Source: Polyangiaceae bacterium
GTDB lineage: Bacteria; Myxococcota_A; Polyangia; Polyangiales; Polyangiaceae
Direction of reading: 5' to 3'
Length of the DNA stretch: 64,000 bases
Assembly: GCA_044376115.1 (NCBI GenBank)
Contig: JBILLK010000011.1
Span: 96,001-160,000, forward strand
Shown here one piece after another: positions 61,391 through 64,000 of this stretch; position 1 is the stretch's first letter, and the number at the start of each line of letters is the position of its first letter. The translations under genes and the position numbers were made by a program. The notes beneath the pieces were generated by a model. That model ran no database searches. It worked only from the letters and a program-made list of their open reading frames with translations, and was not told the origin of the DNA.

Positions 61391-61565
61391 GTTGCGTCTC
61401 TACCACAGACCAAGCTCGTTTTTCGGCCTCGAATGAGTCCAAGGCTTGGTTTGCGTGCGCACGTCTGCTAAGTCTGCCGCCCTCGATTTTGCGGAGCTTA
61501 CGCCGAGCGAATCGAGACCAACCATCGCCGCACGAGTGAACTCGTGCACCTTTAGGGAGATCCCA

Positions 61566-62078
61566 ATGGCCAAGTCCGAAAAGCCCGCAGCAGAAGCCGC
61601 CACCAAAACCCCGTCCAAGGCCCCGCCGGCCCGCACGCGAACGCGCGCCAAGTCGGCCACGGCGCACAAAGCTGCGCCCAAGGTCAAGAAAATCGAGAAG
61701 GCCAACCGCGTCTCGCCGCTCGGCCGCGTCAAAGACAAGTTCCAGAGCAAGCAGGCCCTCGTTGACGCTGTCGCAGCGCTCGCCGGCGCTGACCTTTGGG
61801 TTCCGCGAACCAGCGTCGAGCGCAACGCCGAGAGCGAAGACGCGAAGAACACCGTCTCCGGTCTCAAGCTGGTCTCCAACGCCAAGCTCCTTCGCCTTCA
61901 CGCCGTACTCAGCGCAGTGAAGGAAAAGTTTGGCACCCGTGACAAGCTGATCGGCGCCATTCTCGAGCTCGAGAAGCGCACCAAGGATGAGGGCTACAAG
62001 AGCCGCCTCTCGGCTTACCCGGTTCCCCGCCTGTTCGACTACTACAAGGCAGCGCAAAAGCGCGTAGGAACGAAGTGA
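61566..62078 (+). CDS. Basic hypothetical protein with a Lys/Ala-rich tail and an internal duplication
   Basis: AGGGAG RBS and ATG at 61566. Histone-like K/A/P N-terminus. VKDKFQSKQALVDAV and VKEKFGTRDKLIGAI are similar segments. Confidence 0.75.
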   Translation: MAKSEKPAAEAATKTPSKAPPARTRTRAKSATAHKAAPKVKKIEKANRVSPLGRVKDKFQSKQALVDAVAALAGADLWVPRTSVERNAESEDAKNTVSGLKLVSNAKLLRLHAVLSAVKEKFGTRDKLIGAILELEKRTKDEGYKSRLSAYPVPRLFDYYKAAQKRVGTK

Positions 62079-62776
62079 CGCGAAGGGGCCCGCGCCGACC
62101 CGGCTGGGCCCGACAAGTCTTGCTGGTGGCGAAAAAGGACCTCCTGATCGAGGTCGCCACCGGCGAGATCGTCACCACCGCTGGTTTCTTCGCGGTGCTA
62201 GTGGCAGTGATTTCGTCACTGTCTTTTTTTGCGGGTAAAGACTCAATGCGGGACGTCGCTCCCGGGGTGATTTGGGTCTCTATTGCCTTTGCCTCGGTGC
62301 TCGCGCTGTCACGCACGTGGCAACGGGAGCGGGACGAGAACGCGATCCGTGGGCTCTTGGTCGCACCCCTCTCGCGCAGCGCGATCTTCGTTGGGAAGGC
62401 GCTGGGTGTTGGGGCTTTCGTAACGGTCGTCGAGCTGATCGTCGTGCCAGTGACGGCCGTCTTGTTTCGCATCGATCTGACGGCGCACGGCCCGCTGCTG
62501 ATGGCTTTGCTGTTCACGGCCACGCCCGGTATCGCCGCAAGCGGCACGCTCTTTGGCGCCATGACGATTCGCACTCGGGCCCGTGATCTGGTGCTCGCCA
62601 CGGTGATGTTTCCGCTACTTTCTCCGAGTATTCTCGCGGGCGTTGCGGGTACGCGCGCACTGTTTTTGGGCGCCACTGCCGGCGAGCTCGGCGACTACTT
62701 CGCGTTACTGGGGATGTTCGGCTTCATTTTCGTCGCCGGCGGACTTGGGTTGTTCGAGTCGGTGGTGGACGGCTAG
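62075..62776 (+). CDS. ccmB: Heme exporter protein B
   Basis: KDLLIE, APGVIW, R....ER......GLL..P, GK, GTL, L..P. Six TM helices. Confidence 0.88.
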   Translation: MTRRGPRRPGWARQVLLVAKKDLLIEVATGEIVTTAGFFAVLVAVISSLSFFAGKDSMRDVAPGVIWVSIAFASVLALSRTWQRERDENAIRGLLVAPLSRSAIFVGKALGVGAFVTVVELIVVPVTAVLFRIDLTAHGPLLMALLFTATPGIAASGTLFGAMTIRTRARDLVLATVMFPLLSPSILAGVAGTRALFLGATAGELGDYFALLGMFGFIFVAGGLGLFESVVDG

Positions 62777-62807
62777 CCAGCGAGCCGAAGTCGACGGCGT
62801 ACGCAGT

Positions 62808-64000
62808 CTACGGCGTACCCTTGAAGGTTGCTGCTAGGGCGCGAGCGAGCCGACCAGCTTGTTGCCGAATGAGCTCGTCGTCGAACGGGCTCCCGGTGCA
62901 CTCCCCGAGTGCCCACAACCCGTTCGGGTAGTGAAAGTGCGCATCCTCGCTGAGGCGTGCGCGGCCGTCGGCGTCGACATCGATCGCAAAGCCGCCAGGG
63001 CATCGTTTGGTTGCGGCCCCGGCTTGTGCGCCCAACTCGAACGATGGGCTGGCTGCAAGCTCGACGCAAACCAGCACCGCGTCGAGCGTTTCTCCGTGTT
63101 TGAGCCGCACGCCTTTCACCTCCGATGAGCCAAGCACCGCGTCGAGCTCCTCCTCGGAGATTTGGCGAATCGATTGCTTGCCCAGCTCTGCTCGCAGCGC
63201 GTCCGACCAGGGCCCACCGCCGACGATCACCACGGGGCCATCTGCGACCACACCAAAGCTGGCGAGCCTCACCGCCGCGCGTGAACTCATCACGCCAGGT
63301 AAGTCGTTGCCTTCCGTGCAAAGCACGCCGTCATGCGCCCCTGTCGCGAACACGAGGGCGCTCGCACGGATCAGCTCGGCGCCACTCGAACTACCGGTCG
63401 CTGTGTGCACATCCACGAGCACCGTGTCATCGAACACGCCGACGGCAGTTCCACGAAGATGGTGCGGCGCGACGCGGTCACACAGCTCTTGCGTAGTCGT
63501 CCGAAGCGATTCGATTGAACCGGGGAATTCGGCCAGCTGACCTCCCTCGTCCAGGACCTTGACGCTCAGCCCACGAGACAGGAGCTCCGCCGTTACGGCG
63601 GCGCCAGCAAGCCCCCCACCGAGCACAAGCACCTGGACCTCGCTTTGGGTGCACGCTTTGGCGGCTTCTACCTGATCTGGCAGCCGCCCGATCCCTGCCA
63701 TCTGCCGTGCGAATGTTTGCATGACGGAACCCGCACCTGGAATGCCGGCCAGCAGATGGTGATGGTCAATCCCGTTCGGAAAGAACCAGTCGGTGAGACG
63801 CATCAGGTCCCGTTGCCGTGAACCAAGAACGTTTTGTGCGAGAACGGTCTCACCGCCGGTGCAGCGGCGCCGACACAACATCACGTTGGGCACGCCGTCG
63901 ACCCGGGCGATGCAGCCGTCGCAGTCGCCTCGAAAGCAGGCCGCTCCGCGCGGTCTGTGCAACTTCGGACTGCGCGCGAGGATCTTCTCGCCGGCGGCCA
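62808..64000 (-). CDS. 2Fe-2S/FAD-dependent oxidoreductase (sarcosine oxidase alpha-like), 5'-truncated by the window edge
   Basis: LAAGEKILARSPKLHRPRG..C..G.C..C..VDGVPN...C, VLGGGLAG, ATGA, GNDLPGV. The frame stays open to position 64000. Confidence 0.82.
   Translation of the reverse strand, partial: AAGEKILARSPKLHRPRGAACFRGDCDGCIARVDGVPNVMLCRRRCTGGETVLAQNVLGSRQRDLMRLTDWFFPNGIDHHHLLAGIPGAGSVMQTFARQMAGIGRLPDQVEAAKACTQSEVQVLVLGGGLAGAAVTAELLSRGLSVKVLDEGGQLAEFPGSIESLRTTTQELCDRVAPHHLRGTAVGVFDDTVLVDVHTATGSSSGAELIRASALVFATGAHDGVLCTEGNDLPGVMSSRAAVRLASFGVVADGPVVIVGGGPWSDALRAELGKQSIRQISEEELDAVLGSSEVKGVRLKHGETLDAVLVCVELAASPSFELGAQAGAATKRCPGGFAIDVDADGRARLSEDAHFHYPNGLWALGECTGSPFDDELIRQQAGRLARALAATFKGTP

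Overview
This is a GC-rich, densely coding 64-kb bacterial region. Its gene content points to Myxococcota, probably Polyangiales/Sorangiineae: a MYXO-CTERM protein, Cys-rich CGDG and CDGxDNDC repeat proteins, an orphan MazF of the Myxococcus type, and a eukaryotic-like Ser/Thr kinase. That taxonomy is inferred, not searched. The left ~37 kb is a patchwork of small accessory units. These include an amidohydrolase, an SDR/alpha-beta-hydrolase fusion with a LysR regulator, a ferredoxin-reductase-AlkB fusion with a divergent AraC regulator and a 17-bp tandem operator, an Mla/PqiC lipid-transport operon, and a frameshifted fibro-slime gene. They also include MtfA, an RlmJ-like protein, SulP, an M1 aminopeptidase, Ada/AlkA and Ogt, a HiPIP, a porin, a stand-alone SF2 helicase, kinases, MazF, MurI and a transglutaminase-like protein. 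The right ~26 kb holds a GldA/F/G-DUF4340 ABC cluster, a two-component system, pyrimidine-nucleoside phosphorylase, a coupled pair of giant Cys-rich surface proteins, a WYL regulator, KamA, a lytic transglycosylase, a CPBP protease, gltX and ccmB. The most unusual non-coding feature is a ~450-bp array of 96-bp units at 38140-38591. It is built from alternating inverted 13-mers and C(GNA)G triloop hairpins with compensatory changes. Degenerate copies of the same element lie just after stop codons at ~13.3 kb and ~26.8 kb. I found no rRNA, tRNA, CRISPR array, transposase, integrase or reverse transcriptase. All calls come from motifs read by eye; no database searches were run.
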